A stretch of 64,000 nt of DNA from an uncultured Acidobacteriota bacterium (GCA_963805975.1 CAWDVR010000001.1:1312001-1376000), one strand, 5' to 3'; positions 10,001 through 19,950 are shown, numbered from the stretch's first letter. Numbers and translations are program-made. Notes: generated from the letters alone by a model not told the origin.

Positions 10001-10621
10001 ATGATGGCCGCCCTGATGCCCAACCCCGACCTCCTGCTCGCCCGTCGCGCCGCGGCCGGCCAGCCCGAGGCTTGGAACGAGCTGATCGCGCTCTACGGCC
10101 GGCGCATCTTCAATCTGGCCTTCCAGTTCACGGGGGACGTCGCCGAGGCGGAAGATCTGACCCAGGACATCTTCCTGCGCCTGCACCAGAACCTGCGCGC
10201 CTACCGCGGGGACGTGCCCCTGGTGGGCTGGACGCTGCGCCTCTCCCGCAACCACTGCATCGACCACTACCGGCACGCGCGCTCCCAGAACCGCCTGTCG
10301 CGGGTGCCGGAAGAGATCCTCGACCACCTTCCGTCCGCCTCCGATCCCCAGGCCGAGGCCACGCGCAGGGAGCAGCTCGCGCTGGTCTACCGGGCCCTGG
10401 CCGAGCTGCCGGAAGAGCTGGCGGAGATCGTCGTGCTGCGCGACCTGCAAGACCTTTCCTACGAAGACGTGGCCCAGGCCCTGGACCTGCCGCTGGGCAC
10501 CGTCAAGTCACGACTCAATCGCGCGCGCCAGGAGCTCTCGGAAACCGTGCAGCGCCTGCTCGAGTCACCCGGCGAGCAGCTCCCTCCGAGCGTGCTTGCC
10601 GGCAACGGGGAGGGCGCATGA
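10001..10621 (+). CDS. ECF sigma factor (RpoE/SigW-like); start 10001 or 10016
   Basis: AEDLTQDIF, LSYEDVA, LPLGTVKSRLNRAR. Confidence 0.92.
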   Translation: MMAALMPNPDLLLARRAAAGQPEAWNELIALYGRRIFNLAFQFTGDVAEAEDLTQDIFLRLHQNLRAYRGDVPLVGWTLRLSRNHCIDHYRHARSQNRLSRVPEEILDHLPSASDPQAEATRREQLALVYRALAELPEELAEIVVLRDLQDLSYEDVAQALDLPLGTVKSRLNRARQELSETVQRLLESPGEQLPPSVLAGNGEGA

Positions 10622-11226
10622 ACACCGCCTGCCGCCGCTTCCGCACTGCCTTCGAGCCGGGCGACTCCACCGTCCACCGCTCGGGCTGCCCGGCCTGCGA
10701 CGCCTTTGCCCGCACCGTCGAGCTGGCGCGCGCCGGCGGGGCCCGGCTGCCGCTCTCCGCGGGGCTCGAGGACCGTCTTCGCGCCCTCGCCCTGCCGGAG
10801 CCCGCCGGCTCGACGCTGCCCGAGCTGCCCCTTCCCCTGCCTTCGCTGCCGCTGCCCGAGGGCCTGGAGGCACGGCTCGAGGCCATCGGCCGGGGGCAGC
10901 GCGCCACGGCGCGCCCACCGCTGCCGGCCTGGGTACGGAGCCCTGCCGCGAGCCTCGCCGCGAGCCTCGCCGCGGTGGTGCTCTGCGGCGCCCTCTGGGG
11001 CGATCCGGTGGCCCGCACCGAGCCCCTGGCCGGTGCCCTGGGCGAGCGCTGGACCGAGGTCGAGCGCCAGGGCCGTGAAGGCTGGGTGCATGGCGTGCTG
11101 CTGCCGGCACACCGCACCGTCGACAGGACCTTGAACCGTTCCCGGCAGGCCATTGCCTCGCTGCGCGAAGAGCTCGAGCAGCTCAAGGCCGCGGTGGAGA
11201 ACCCCGCAACACCCGAGCTCGATTGA
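10618..11226 (+). CDS. Zinc-binding (ZAS) anti-sigma factor
   Basis: HRSGCPAC (HxxxCxxC), single TM, ATGA overlap with the sigma stop. Confidence 0.75.
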   Translation: MNTACRRFRTAFEPGDSTVHRSGCPACDAFARTVELARAGGARLPLSAGLEDRLRALALPEPAGSTLPELPLPLPSLPLPEGLEARLEAIGRGQRATARPPLPAWVRSPAASLAASLAAVVLCGALWGDPVARTEPLAGALGERWTEVERQGREGWVHGVLLPAHRTVDRTLNRSRQAIASLREELEQLKAAVENPATPELD

Positions 11227-11255
11227 TACCGCTACTGGCGGAAGGAGAATCGAAT

Positions 11256-11768
11256 ATGGAACCGATCGCAAGCCCCACCACCGGGCACCCGGCAGCAGCC
11301 CGCCGCGCGCCGCTCAAGAACCCCTGGCTCGCCGGCCTGCTCTCGGGCTTTCCGGGCATGGGCAACGTCTACAACGGCCTCTACATGCGGGCGGTGACGT
11401 TCTTCCTGCTGATCGTCGCCTGCCTGTACCTGGCCAACCACGGCGAGGGCCAGCCGCTCTTCGGCTTCGCCACCGCCTTCGTCTGGATCTTCAACGTGCT
11501 CGACGCCTTCCGCCAGGCGACGCTGATCAACTACGGCTACGTCGACGATCTCGGTGCGGCCTCGCCGGCCCGCGGCGCCTCCGCCCGCAACGAGAAGCTC
11601 TTCGCGGGCATCATGATGCTCGCGCTGGGCACGGTCGCGGTGCTCAAGCTCTACTTGGAGATCGACCTCGACTGGCTCCTCCGGCTCTGGCCCGTGGCGC
11701 TCCTCGGCACCGGCGCCTGGCTCTTGTGGAGCGCCCTCTCGGGCCGCGAGCGGGACCAAACGCCTTGA
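11256..11768 (+). CDS. LiaF/LiaI-like (DUF5668) membrane protein
   Basis: KNPWLAGLLS..PGMG..YNG; C-terminal RLWPVALLGTG; SD GAAGGAG. Confidence 0.7.
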   Translation: MEPIASPTTGHPAAARRAPLKNPWLAGLLSGFPGMGNVYNGLYMRAVTFFLLIVACLYLANHGEGQPLFGFATAFVWIFNVLDAFRQATLINYGYVDDLGAASPARGASARNEKLFAGIMMLALGTVAVLKLYLEIDLDWLLRLWPVALLGTGAWLLWSALSGRERDQTP

Positions 11769-11776
11769 GCAGGAAG

Positions 11777-11802
11777 GGGCCGCCGGTGCGCGCCGGCGGC
11801 CC
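11777..11802. terminator. Hairpin between convergent genes, probable bidirectional terminator
   Basis: GGGCCGCCGG / CCGGCGGCCC 10-bp stem; weak U tract. Confidence 0.55.
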
Positions 11803-11815
11803 GCGTTGGTCCTCT

Positions 11816-13003
11816 CTACCCACCCGCCTCGACGATCAGCGCGATACCCTGCCCGCCGCCAATACAGGCTGAGGCCACTCCCACCCCACCGCCCCGCCGC
11901 TTCAGCTCCTTGGCCAGGGTCAGGGTGATGCGGGCGCCGGTGGCGCCCAGCGGATGGCCGAGCGCGATGGCGCCGCCGTTGACGTTGAGCTTTGTCGGGT
12001 CCAGTCCCAGGTCACGGACACAGGCCAGGATCTGGCCGGCGAAGGCCTCGTTGATCTCGATCAGGTCGAGGTCCCCGAGCTGCATGCCGGCTTTGGCCAG
12101 GGCGGCGCGGATCGCCGGCGCCGGCCCGATACCCATGCGCGAGGGATCGACGCCCACCACCGCCCAGGCCACCAGCCGGGCGAGCGGCTCCTTGCCCCAG
12201 GCCCTGGCGCGCTCCGCGGTCGAGAGGATCAGCATGGCCGCGCCGTCGACGATGCCCGAGGCATTGCCGGCGGTCACGAAGCCATTCTCCTCGAAGGCGG
12301 GGGCCAGCTTGGCGAGGATCTCCATGGTGGTGTCCGGCCGCGGGTGCTCGTCGCGCTCGACGCGCTTCGCCTTCTTGCCCGAGCCCACCTCGACCGCCAC
12401 CACCTCTTCGGCGAGGCGGCCGCTGTCCCAGGCCGCGGTGGCCTTCTGCTGGCTCTCGAGCGCGAAGCGGTCCTGCTCCTCGCGGCTGATGCCGAAGTCC
12501 CGGGCCAGGTTGTTCGAGGTCTGCGCCATGTAGCAGCCGCAGTACGGGTCGAGGAGCGACTCCATGAGCAGGTCCTCGAGCTTGCCGTGGCCCAGGCGGT
12601 AGCCGCGCCGCGCGCCGCGCAGCACGTGCGGCGCCTGGCTCATGCTCTCGATACCGCCCACCAGGGTGACCTCGGCCTCCCCCGCCAGCATGAGGTGAGC
12701 GCCGGAGACGATGGCCTGCACGCCCGAGCCGCACAGGCGGTTGACGGTGAGCGCCGGCACCTCGATGGGCACGCCCGACCTGAGCGCCACGTGGCGGGCG
12801 CCGTAGATGGCGTCGGCCGAGGTCTGGAGAGCGTTGCCGACCACCGCGTGCTGCACTTCCTTGGGGTCGATGCCGGAGCGTTCGAAGAGGGCCCGGGCCG
12901 CGTGCACGCCCAGGTCGATAGCGGAGAGGTCGGCGAAGGAGCCGTTGTACTCGGCCATCGGCGTACGCACGCCGTCGACCAGGACGAGGTCTCTGATGTC
13001 CAT
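11816..13003 (-). CDS. Thiolase (acetyl-CoA C-acyltransferase)
   Basis: NRLCGSG, NEAF, GHPLGATG, CIGGGQG; SD AAGGAGG. Confidence 0.95.
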   Translation of the reverse strand: MDIRDLVLVDGVRTPMAEYNGSFADLSAIDLGVHAARALFERSGIDPKEVQHAVVGNALQTSADAIYGARHVALRSGVPIEVPALTVNRLCGSGVQAIVSGAHLMLAGEAEVTLVGGIESMSQAPHVLRGARRGYRLGHGKLEDLLMESLLDPYCGCYMAQTSNNLARDFGISREEQDRFALESQQKATAAWDSGRLAEEVVAVEVGSGKKAKRVERDEHPRPDTTMEILAKLAPAFEENGFVTAGNASGIVDGAAMLILSTAERARAWGKEPLARLVAWAVVGVDPSRMGIGPAPAIRAALAKAGMQLGDLDLIEINEAFAGQILACVRDLGLDPTKLNVNGGAIALGHPLGATGARITLTLAKELKRRGGGVGVASACIGGGQGIALIVEAGG

Positions 13004-13165
13004 GCGGGAGCGATCCTCCTTGCGGGTGGAACGGGGGATGGGTTCGGGAGCCGGCGCGTCTCCCTGCCTGATCAGACGGGGCCTGACCAGATGGGGGCAC
13101 GACGAGATCGAACGCGGTATCATGCGCGGCGTTCTGACCGCGCCGTCCAACGAGGAGACTTTACT

Positions 13166-13846
13166 ATGAACTCGACCGCCGTCTTAGCCGAGCTCGACTC
13201 GCTCATCGCCCGCCGCTCGATCCTCGACCACCCCTTCTACCAGGCCTGGACCGAGGGTCGGCTCACCTGCGACCAGCTCTCCACCTACGCCCGTTACTAC
13301 TACCCGCACGTCGCCGCCTTCCCCGGCTATCTCGAGACCGCGATCGCGGCCAGCGCCGACCCCGAGGTGCGCGCCGAGCTCGAGGACAACCTGCGCGAGG
13401 AGCTCGCCGTGCCCAAGCCGCACGCCGAGCTGTGGCTGGACTTCGCCCGCGGCTGCGGCCTGGCCGTGGCCGAGGTCTCGACCGCGGCCCCCGCCGCCGG
13501 CGCCCGGACCACGGTCGAGACCTTCGACCGCCTCGCCGGCCGGAGCTCCGCCTCGGCGCTCGCCGCCCTCTACGCCTACGAGAGCCAGCAGCCCGAGGTG
13601 GCCCACACCAAGGCGGCGGGCCTCGCCGGTCACTACGGGATTGCCGACGAGGCGAGCCTCGCCTACTTCACGGTCCACGCCGAAGCCGACGTGCGGCACC
13701 GCGACGGCGAGCGGCAGGCGCTCGCGCGCTGCCTCGCCGCGGGCGCCACCCGCGAAGAGATCCTGGGCAGCGCCGAGCAGGCGCTCGACGCCTACTGGGG
13801 CCTGCTCGACGGGGTCTGCCGCGAGGCTGGCATCGCCTGCAACTGA
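13166..13846 (+). CDS. CADD-family heme-oxygenase-like diiron enzyme (putative pABA synthase)
   Basis: HPFYQAW, NLREE..H, ALYAYESQ, YFTVHAEADVRH match the CADD/PqqC-TenA fold. Confidence 0.85.
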   Translation: MNSTAVLAELDSLIARRSILDHPFYQAWTEGRLTCDQLSTYARYYYPHVAAFPGYLETAIAASADPEVRAELEDNLREELAVPKPHAELWLDFARGCGLAVAEVSTAAPAAGARTTVETFDRLAGRSSASALAALYAYESQQPEVAHTKAAGLAGHYGIADEASLAYFTVHAEADVRHRDGERQALARCLAAGATREEILGSAEQALDAYWGLLDGVCREAGIACN

Positions 13847-14886
13847 CGCCTGGCCAGGCGGTGGAACTCGCGCCGCAGCGGGTCGAGATCCGAGAAGGGT
13901 GAAGTGCGGTGCCCGAGGAGGACCAGGATGCGGTCCGCCTCGGGGTCGACCCACAGGCTGCCGCCGGGAAAACCGGGATGACCGAACGACGAGGCCGAGA
14001 GCGTGCTCCCGGCCGAGCCCGCCACGGTCCGCTTCCACCAGCCGAGCACGTGGCTTCCCGGGCCGGCCAGGGCCTCGCGGAGCCGCAGCCCTACCAACAG
14101 GGTCCTGCTGCGCGGCAGCAGCCACTCCTTTGCCAGCCGCCATAGATCCTCCGCCGTGCCGAAGAGGCCGGCGTGCCCCGCCAGGCCGCCCAGGAAGCGG
14201 GCGTTGCCGTCCTGGACCCGGCCCCAGGCGGGAGCGGGCAGCGGCTCGATCTCGAGGCCCAGCCCGGCCGCCAGGCGCACCTCCTGGCCGGTGTCGATGA
14301 GACAGGCCGCCGCCCCGGTCACGGCGCCCGGCGACGGGCGGACGGTCTTGAGGTCGAGCGGCATCAGGACGTGGCGGGCCAGGAGCCGTCCCAGGCCGTC
14401 GATCAACCGCTCCTCGGCCGCGAAGCCCCACAGGATGTAGCCCAGGTCGCTGTAGACCCCGCGCTTGCCCCCCAGCGCCGATCCGGAGAGCAACGCCGCC
14501 AGCGCCGCGGGCCGGTCCGGGCAGAGGTGATAGAGCGGCGCCCAGGCCGCGAGCCCGCTCCGGTGACGCAAGAGATCGTGCAGGGCGATGGCGTCGAAGC
14601 GCGCATCGGCCTCCGGCCAGATCTCGCGTACCCGCGTCTTGAGCGGCAGCAGGCCGCTGGCCTCGAGGTAGAGGGCGAGCGTCGCCATGAACGGCTTGGT
14701 GATCGAACCGAGGTCGAAGACCGTCGCCGGGCTGGCCTCGAGGCGGGGCCGGGCCTGCTCGAGCCCGGCCGCCCCGGTCCACAGCACCCGGCTGGCGCTG
14801 CCCACCAAGCCCACGACCGAGCTCCAGGTGCCGCTCGCCACGGCACGGGCGAGGAAGCCGTCGAGGTCAGTACCCTGGCTCTTCAC
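13792..14886 (-). CDS. Serine hydrolase (beta-lactamase family)
   Basis: FDLGSITK (SxxK), YSDLGY, GHAGLF, FGHPGF. Confidence 0.85.
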   Translation of the reverse strand: MKSQGTDLDGFLARAVASGTWSSVVGLVGSASRVLWTGAAGLEQARPRLEASPATVFDLGSITKPFMATLALYLEASGLLPLKTRVREIWPEADARFDAIALHDLLRHRSGLAAWAPLYHLCPDRPAALAALLSGSALGGKRGVYSDLGYILWGFAAEERLIDGLGRLLARHVLMPLDLKTVRPSPGAVTGAAACLIDTGQEVRLAAGLGLEIEPLPAPAWGRVQDGNARFLGGLAGHAGLFGTAEDLWRLAKEWLLPRSRTLLVGLRLREALAGPGSHVLGWWKRTVAGSAGSTLSASSFGHPGFPGGSLWVDPEADRILVLLGHRTSPFSDLDPLRREFHRLARRQLQAMPASRQTPSSRPQ

Positions 14887-14912
14887 ACAACCCCTCTCAC
14901 GAATCCTTGGAG

Positions 14913-16061
14913 TCAGGCGTAGTTGGCGGGATCGCCGGTCTGGAAGATCACGGCGCGCTCGCCGGCACGCACCACGCCCGCCGCCGCCAGGTCCGCGAGC
15001 GCCACCAGGCACGCCGCCCCTTCCGGGCCGGCGCGGAGACCGGCGCGGCGCGCCAGGCGCGCGGTCGCCTCGGGAAGCCGCTCCTCGGCCACGGCCAGCG
15101 CCCGGCCGCCGCTCTCCCGCAGGGCGGAGAGGATGAGGAAATCGCCGATCGCCTTGGGCACCCGCAGGCCCCAGACCCGGGTTTGCGGGTCCTCCCAGGC
15201 CGGCGCCGAGTCGAGGCCCTGGTCGAAGGCGCGGACGATGGGCGCGCAACCCGCCATCTGCACTACCACCCAGCGCGGCCGGTGGCTGCCGATCAGGCCC
15301 AGCCGCTCCAGCTCGTCGAAGGCCTTGTGCATGCCGATGATGCCGGTGCCGCCGCCGGTGGGATAGAAGATCCAGTCCGGGAGCGTCCAGCCGAGCTGCT
15401 CGGCGAGCTCCAGGCCCATGGTCTTCTTGCCCTCCACCCGGTAGGGCTCGCGCAGCGTCGCCAGGTTCCAGAAACCGCCGCCCTGCCGGGCGAGGAGGGC
15501 CGCGGCCTCGACCAGGGTACCGGGGGCGGTGAGCACCTCGGCGCCGTGCTCGCGGCAGCGGTCGATCACCGTCGCCGGCGTGTCCTCCGGCATCGCCACC
15601 CGCGCCGGCAGATCGGCCGCCGCGGCGTAGGCGGCGAGCGCCAGGGCCGCGTTGCCGGCGCTCGGCAGCTCGACTCCCGGCGCACCCAGCTCGCGCGCCC
15701 GGTTGACGGCGAGCGACAGGCCGCGCGCCTTGAACGAGCCGGTGGGGTTCCCCGCTTCCTGCTTGAGCCAGACCTCGACCTCGGGCGGCGCAAAGCCCGC
15801 GATCCGCACCAGCGGGGTGGCGCCTTCCCCGAGGTCGACCCGGCGCTCGAAGTCGGCGATCGGCAGCAGCTCGCGGTAGCGCCAGAGGCTCCACGGCCGG
15901 CCGGCGAGCGCCGCTTTCAAAGCCTCGCCGCGGCGGGCGTCGAGATCGTAGGAAACCAGCCAGGGCGCCCCTGCCGGCGACAGGAAGGCGGGCTCGTCGA
16001 GCGGCGCTTCCAGCCCCGTCTTCGAGCAGACGAGGCTGCGTGCCCAGCGCTCCCCGCTCAG
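14913..16061 (-). CDS. thrC: Threonine synthase (PLP); start uncertain, possibly CTG
   Basis: LWRYRELLP, LGEGATP, NPTGSFKARG, YPTGGGTG. Confidence 0.88.
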   Translation of the reverse strand: MSGERWARSLVCSKTGLEAPLDEPAFLSPAGAPWLVSYDLDARRGEALKAALAGRPWSLWRYRELLPIADFERRVDLGEGATPLVRIAGFAPPEVEVWLKQEAGNPTGSFKARGLSLAVNRARELGAPGVELPSAGNAALALAAYAAAADLPARVAMPEDTPATVIDRCREHGAEVLTAPGTLVEAAALLARQGGGFWNLATLREPYRVEGKKTMGLELAEQLGWTLPDWIFYPTGGGTGIIGMHKAFDELERLGLIGSHRPRWVVVQMAGCAPIVRAFDQGLDSAPAWEDPQTRVWGLRVPKAIGDFLILSALRESGGRALAVAEERLPEATARLARRAGLRAGPEGAACLVALADLAAAGVVRAGERAVIFQTGDPANYA

Positions 16062-17059
16062 CCCAGACGCTCCCGGATCGAGTAGCTCTCCCGCCGCCGG
16101 AAGGCCGTGGCACTGATCATGTCGGCGATCAGGCCGGTGGTCAGCACCTGGATGCCGAGGATCATCAGCAGGACGCCGAAGAGCAGCAGCGGCCGGTTGG
16201 ACAGCCACTGGCCGCGGAACCAGAGCACGGCGAGGTAGGAGTTGATGACCAGCCCGGCGGACAGCGCGAAGATGCCGATGACGCCGAAGAGATGCAGCGG
16301 CCGGCGGGTGTACCGGGTGATGAAGAGCACGGTGATCAGATCGAGGAAGCCCTTGTAGAGGCGGTCCCAGCCGTACTTGCTGGCGCCGTGGCGTCGTGGA
16401 TGGTGGCGGACCTCGATCTCCCCCACCGCGAAGCCGCGCCGGCTGGCGAGCACCGGGATGTAGCGGTGCAGCTCGCCGTAGATGTCGATCTCCGCCAGCA
16501 CCTCGCGGCGGTAGGCCTTGAAGCCGCAGTTGAAGTCGTGCAGCTCGACCCGCGCCATGCGGCGCGTCACCCAGTTGAAGAGGCGCGAGGGGTAGCGCTT
16601 GGAAGCCGGGTCGTGGCGTTGTCGCTTCCATCCGGAGACCAGGTCCAGATCGTCGTCCTCGAGCGCCGCCAGGAAGCGCGGGATCTCCTCGGGATCGTCC
16701 TGGAGATCGCCGTCCATGGTGACCAGGAGGCGGCCGGCAGCGTGGTCGAAGCCGGCCGAGAGGGCCGCCGCTTTGCCGAAGTTGCGGCGCAGGCGAACGA
16801 GCTTCACCCGCGGCTCGGCGGCGTGGACCTCCCGCACCCGCTCCGAGGTGCCGTCACTCGAGCCGTCGTCGACGAAGATGACCTCGAAGGTCCGCCCCAG
16901 CCGGCTGAGCACGTCGACGATCCGCGCCGCCAGCTCGGCCACGCTCGAGGCCTCGTTCAGGACCGGGATGACGACACTGACCCCCACCTCCGCCAGGCTC
17001 TGGGGAGTGAGTGGAGGTATGGCAGCGAGCTGCGGTACGGCTTCGAGACGGGCGGGCAC
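16058..17059 (-). CDS. GT2 polyprenyl-phosphate glycosyltransferase (ArnC/DPM-like)
   Basis: SVVIPVLNE, VDDGSSD, RNFGK, MDGDLQDDP, HDFNCGFK, two C-terminal TMs. Confidence 0.9.
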   Translation of the reverse strand: MPARLEAVPQLAAIPPLTPQSLAEVGVSVVIPVLNEASSVAELAARIVDVLSRLGRTFEVIFVDDGSSDGTSERVREVHAAEPRVKLVRLRRNFGKAAALSAGFDHAAGRLLVTMDGDLQDDPEEIPRFLAALEDDDLDLVSGWKRQRHDPASKRYPSRLFNWVTRRMARVELHDFNCGFKAYRREVLAEIDIYGELHRYIPVLASRRGFAVGEIEVRHHPRRHGASKYGWDRLYKGFLDLITVLFITRYTRRPLHLFGVIGIFALSAGLVINSYLAVLWFRGQWLSNRPLLLFGVLLMILGIQVLTTGLIADMISATAFRRRESYSIRERLG

Positions 17060-17085
17060 GGTGCCGATTGTAGCAAGCCACCGCC

Positions 17086-19266
17086 TCAACCCATCAGCCG
17101 GTGATACTCCGCCGTGCTCTCGGCCAGCGGCTCGATCCCCAGCTCGTCGCGCAGCAGCTCGCTCAGCCGATCGTACTGGCGGCGCACCAGGTCGCGCCGG
17201 CCGACCCGGCCGTAGAGGCGCATCATCGCCACGTGGACCCGCTCCTGGAGCGGATCCGCGATGAGCAGCGAGCGGTAGGCGTCCATCGCCCGCTGCAGCT
17301 CGCCGCTCTCGAGCAGGGCCTCCCCCAGCCGGCGGAGCAGCTCGACGTAGCTCTGCAGGTAGCGCTCGCGGCGCTCGCTCACCCACCCGCCTTCCTCACC
17401 GGCGAGGAAGGGCCCACCGTGGAGCCGCCAGCCCGCCTGCCAGTGCTCGACCGCGGCGGGCAGGTCGCCTGCCTCCTGGCGCTGCCGCCCCCGCCGCAGC
17501 CAGGCCTCGAACTCGACGGTGTCGACCCGCCAGTCGATCGCCGGGCTCAGGCGGTAGACCCCGCCGTGCAGCTCGAGAGGCGGCGGCAGGCCGGGCGCGG
17601 CGCGGGTCAGGTCCCGGCGCAGGTGGCTCAGGGTGGGGTGGAAGTTGCGCGCCACCGCCGCCTCGTCCTCAGCGCCCCACACGGCATCCATCAGCTCTTC
17701 TCGGCTCGCCTGGAAGTCGGGCGAGGAAGCGAGGAAGGTGAAGACGCGGAGCGCCTTCCTGAGGGTCCAGCCGACCTCCTGCGCCTCCGCCGTCTCCCCG
17801 GCGAGGACGCGCGGCACACCGAAGAGGGCCGCGCTGACCACCGGTCCCGAGGCGGTACGCCGGCCGGCGAGGAACGGCCGGGAGACGGCGGGCGCCGGCG
17901 CGCGCAGCAGCCACAGCAGGAGGTGCTCGGCGACGGTGGTGGGCGCGGCGGGCGGCTCGGGGCCGTCGAGCGGAGCCCTCCCCACTTCGACCGTCGACAG
18001 AAGCTTCGTCAGGCCCGCGGGGAGCGGCCCCCACGCGGCGAGCTCGTGCAGCGCGGCGATCGCCACCTCCGGGGCCGGCCCGGCGGCCCGCACCGCGGCC
18101 AGGAGGGCCCGCGCCACGGCGGTCACGGCACGATCGTCATCGCCGTCTCGCCGCCGGGTCAGGAGCTCCGAGAGACCGGCCGCGGCGCGCCGGCGATCGC
18201 CCGCGGCAGCCTCGACGGCGAGCGACAACAGTTCTCCACCACCGCTACTCCCGTCGGTACCCTCGTCGGTTCTCTGGGGGGCACCGGCGAGGCGCAGGGC
18301 GGCGCGCAGCAGCGCGATCGGCGCCGCTCCCAGGAGATGAGGCCACTCGAGGGCCAGGAGAGCGCCCACGCGCAAGGGATCGGTAGCCTCGACCAAGGCG
18401 GCGAGCGCCTGCTCGGGCCGGCCCAGACTGAGCGCCACGGCCGCCAGGCGCTGGGAAGAGGCAAAGGCCCGCGCCACCGGCCATCGGCGGCCCCTTTCGA
18501 GGCGCAGGTGAGCGCTCAGCAGACGGGGCAGGCGCCGGGAGGCGGCGGTCTCGACCACCAGACCGTGGCGTTCGAGCAGGGCCCCGAGCGCCGCCAGGCG
18601 GGGATCTCCGTCCCCCCAGACCTGACGCCAGAAGCCTTCGTCGAGCATTTCACCGCCCGCCAGCTCGAGCAGCAGCTCCTGTGCTTCGGGGGGCAACGGC
18701 GCGACCACCTCCTGGCGCAGAAAGCCCGCCACGGCCGGCACGACGGCGAGGCCTTCCGCCGTCGGCTCCAGGCGCCGGCTGCCGGCGGAAAGCGCGAGCG
18801 CGAGCGGTCGCCACCAGCCGTCAGTGGCCAGCCACAGGCGCCGCACCAGCTCGGAACCATGGCCACCGGCAGTGTGTCGCTCCACGACCGCCCCCACCTC
18901 GGCCTCGCTCAGCAGCAGCTCGTGAGGAGGGATCACCGCCGCCCGGGCTCCCTCGGCAGCCGGCGGCCGTTCCGGGCCCCAGAACAGGAAGCGCACCCCC
19001 GGCGGCGCCACCCGCTCGAGGAAGTCGGCCGGGGGAGGTTCCTGCCGCGCCCACAACAGCCAACGGACCTCGGGACTGCGGCGCACAAACCCTTGCGGAG
19101 AGTCGTCGACGCTGGCCGCGCGCCGCCCTTCTTCCTGTGCGAACGCGGCCAGGGCCTCGCTCGCCCCGGCCCCGGGCCAGGCCCATAGCTGCACCCGCGC
19201 CTCGGTCTGACGACGGAGGAGGTCGACGATGCGGTGGGTGTGGGGAGGAGGATCGAGCGGCGGCAT
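17086..19266 (-). CDS. MalT/SARP-like regulator with C-terminal BTAD domain
   Basis: SREELMDAVW, VDTVEFE, DPLQE..H..MMRLY, LRDELGIEP. Confidence 0.8.
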   Translation of the reverse strand: MPPLDPPPHTHRIVDLLRRQTEARVQLWAWPGAGASEALAAFAQEEGRRAASVDDSPQGFVRRSPEVRWLLWARQEPPPADFLERVAPPGVRFLFWGPERPPAAEGARAAVIPPHELLLSEAEVGAVVERHTAGGHGSELVRRLWLATDGWWRPLALALSAGSRRLEPTAEGLAVVPAVAGFLRQEVVAPLPPEAQELLLELAGGEMLDEGFWRQVWGDGDPRLAALGALLERHGLVVETAASRRLPRLLSAHLRLERGRRWPVARAFASSQRLAAVALSLGRPEQALAALVEATDPLRVGALLALEWPHLLGAAPIALLRAALRLAGAPQRTDEGTDGSSGGGELLSLAVEAAAGDRRRAAAGLSELLTRRRDGDDDRAVTAVARALLAAVRAAGPAPEVAIAALHELAAWGPLPAGLTKLLSTVEVGRAPLDGPEPPAAPTTVAEHLLLWLLRAPAPAVSRPFLAGRRTASGPVVSAALFGVPRVLAGETAEAQEVGWTLRKALRVFTFLASSPDFQASREELMDAVWGAEDEAAVARNFHPTLSHLRRDLTRAAPGLPPPLELHGGVYRLSPAIDWRVDTVEFEAWLRRGRQRQEAGDLPAAVEHWQAGWRLHGGPFLAGEEGGWVSERRERYLQSYVELLRRLGEALLESGELQRAMDAYRSLLIADPLQERVHVAMMRLYGRVGRRDLVRRQYDRLSELLRDELGIEPLAESTAEYHRLMG

Positions 19267-19275
19267 CGCGGAAGA

Positions 19276-19950
19276 CTACCGCCGTGCGGGCGGCAATCTC
19301 CGCTTCCTCCGTCGCTGCGGCTCGCCAGCCAGGCTTCGCGCTCCGGCGGCACCCTCGGCCACCGACGGCTCGTTGCCGCGCTCCGGGAACGCCGCGCTGG
19401 GGGGCGCCAGGCCCGCGGCGCTGGCTTCGGCGCTCAATACGGCAAGGCAGCGGCTGGTGATCTTGCCGATGCTCGACGGCCGGTACCCCAGATGGGCAGC
19501 CACCTCCTGCGGCTCGAGCCCGAACCAGAAACGCAGGCGCAGCAGGCGCTGGTGCCGCTGCGGTAGGCGCGCGAGGAGTGACTCCAGGTCGCGCGCCAAG
19601 TCCCCCATCTCCTGGGCCGGCTCGGTGGGCTCGGCCAGCCATTCGAGGGTCTCTTCGTCCACCGCCTCGTCCCGCCGGCGGCGGCGGGAGCGCCAATACA
19701 TCAGGCACTTGCGCTTCAACACGCCGACCAGCCAGTGCTGGGGATCGCGGACGGTCTCGCTCCGGTAGACCAGGGCGAGCAGCGCCTGCTGCAGAAGATC
19801 CTCGGCGTCCTCGGGCGGCACGCGGAAGCCGCGCAGCACGGCCATCAGGCGTGGCCGGAGGGCCTCGAGAAAGGCATCCTGGCCGGAGAGCGGCTCGACG
19901 CCGCGCGATGGTGTCACACCATTATTCCAAGGTTTAGAATAACCTACCAC
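19276..19950 (-). CDS. ECF-type sigma70 factor; start uncertain (19950 or 19917)
   Basis: DAEDLLQQ region 2; LLARLP..QRLLRLRFWFGLEPQEVA region 4. Confidence 0.8.
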   Translation of the reverse strand: MVGYSKPWNNGVTPSRGVEPLSGQDAFLEALRPRLMAVLRGFRVPPEDAEDLLQQALLALVYRSETVRDPQHWLVGVLKRKCLMYWRSRRRRRDEAVDEETLEWLAEPTEPAQEMGDLARDLESLLARLPQRHQRLLRLRFWFGLEPQEVAAHLGYRPSSIGKITSRCLAVLSAEASAAGLAPPSAAFPERGNEPSVAEGAAGARSLAGEPQRRRKRRLPPARR

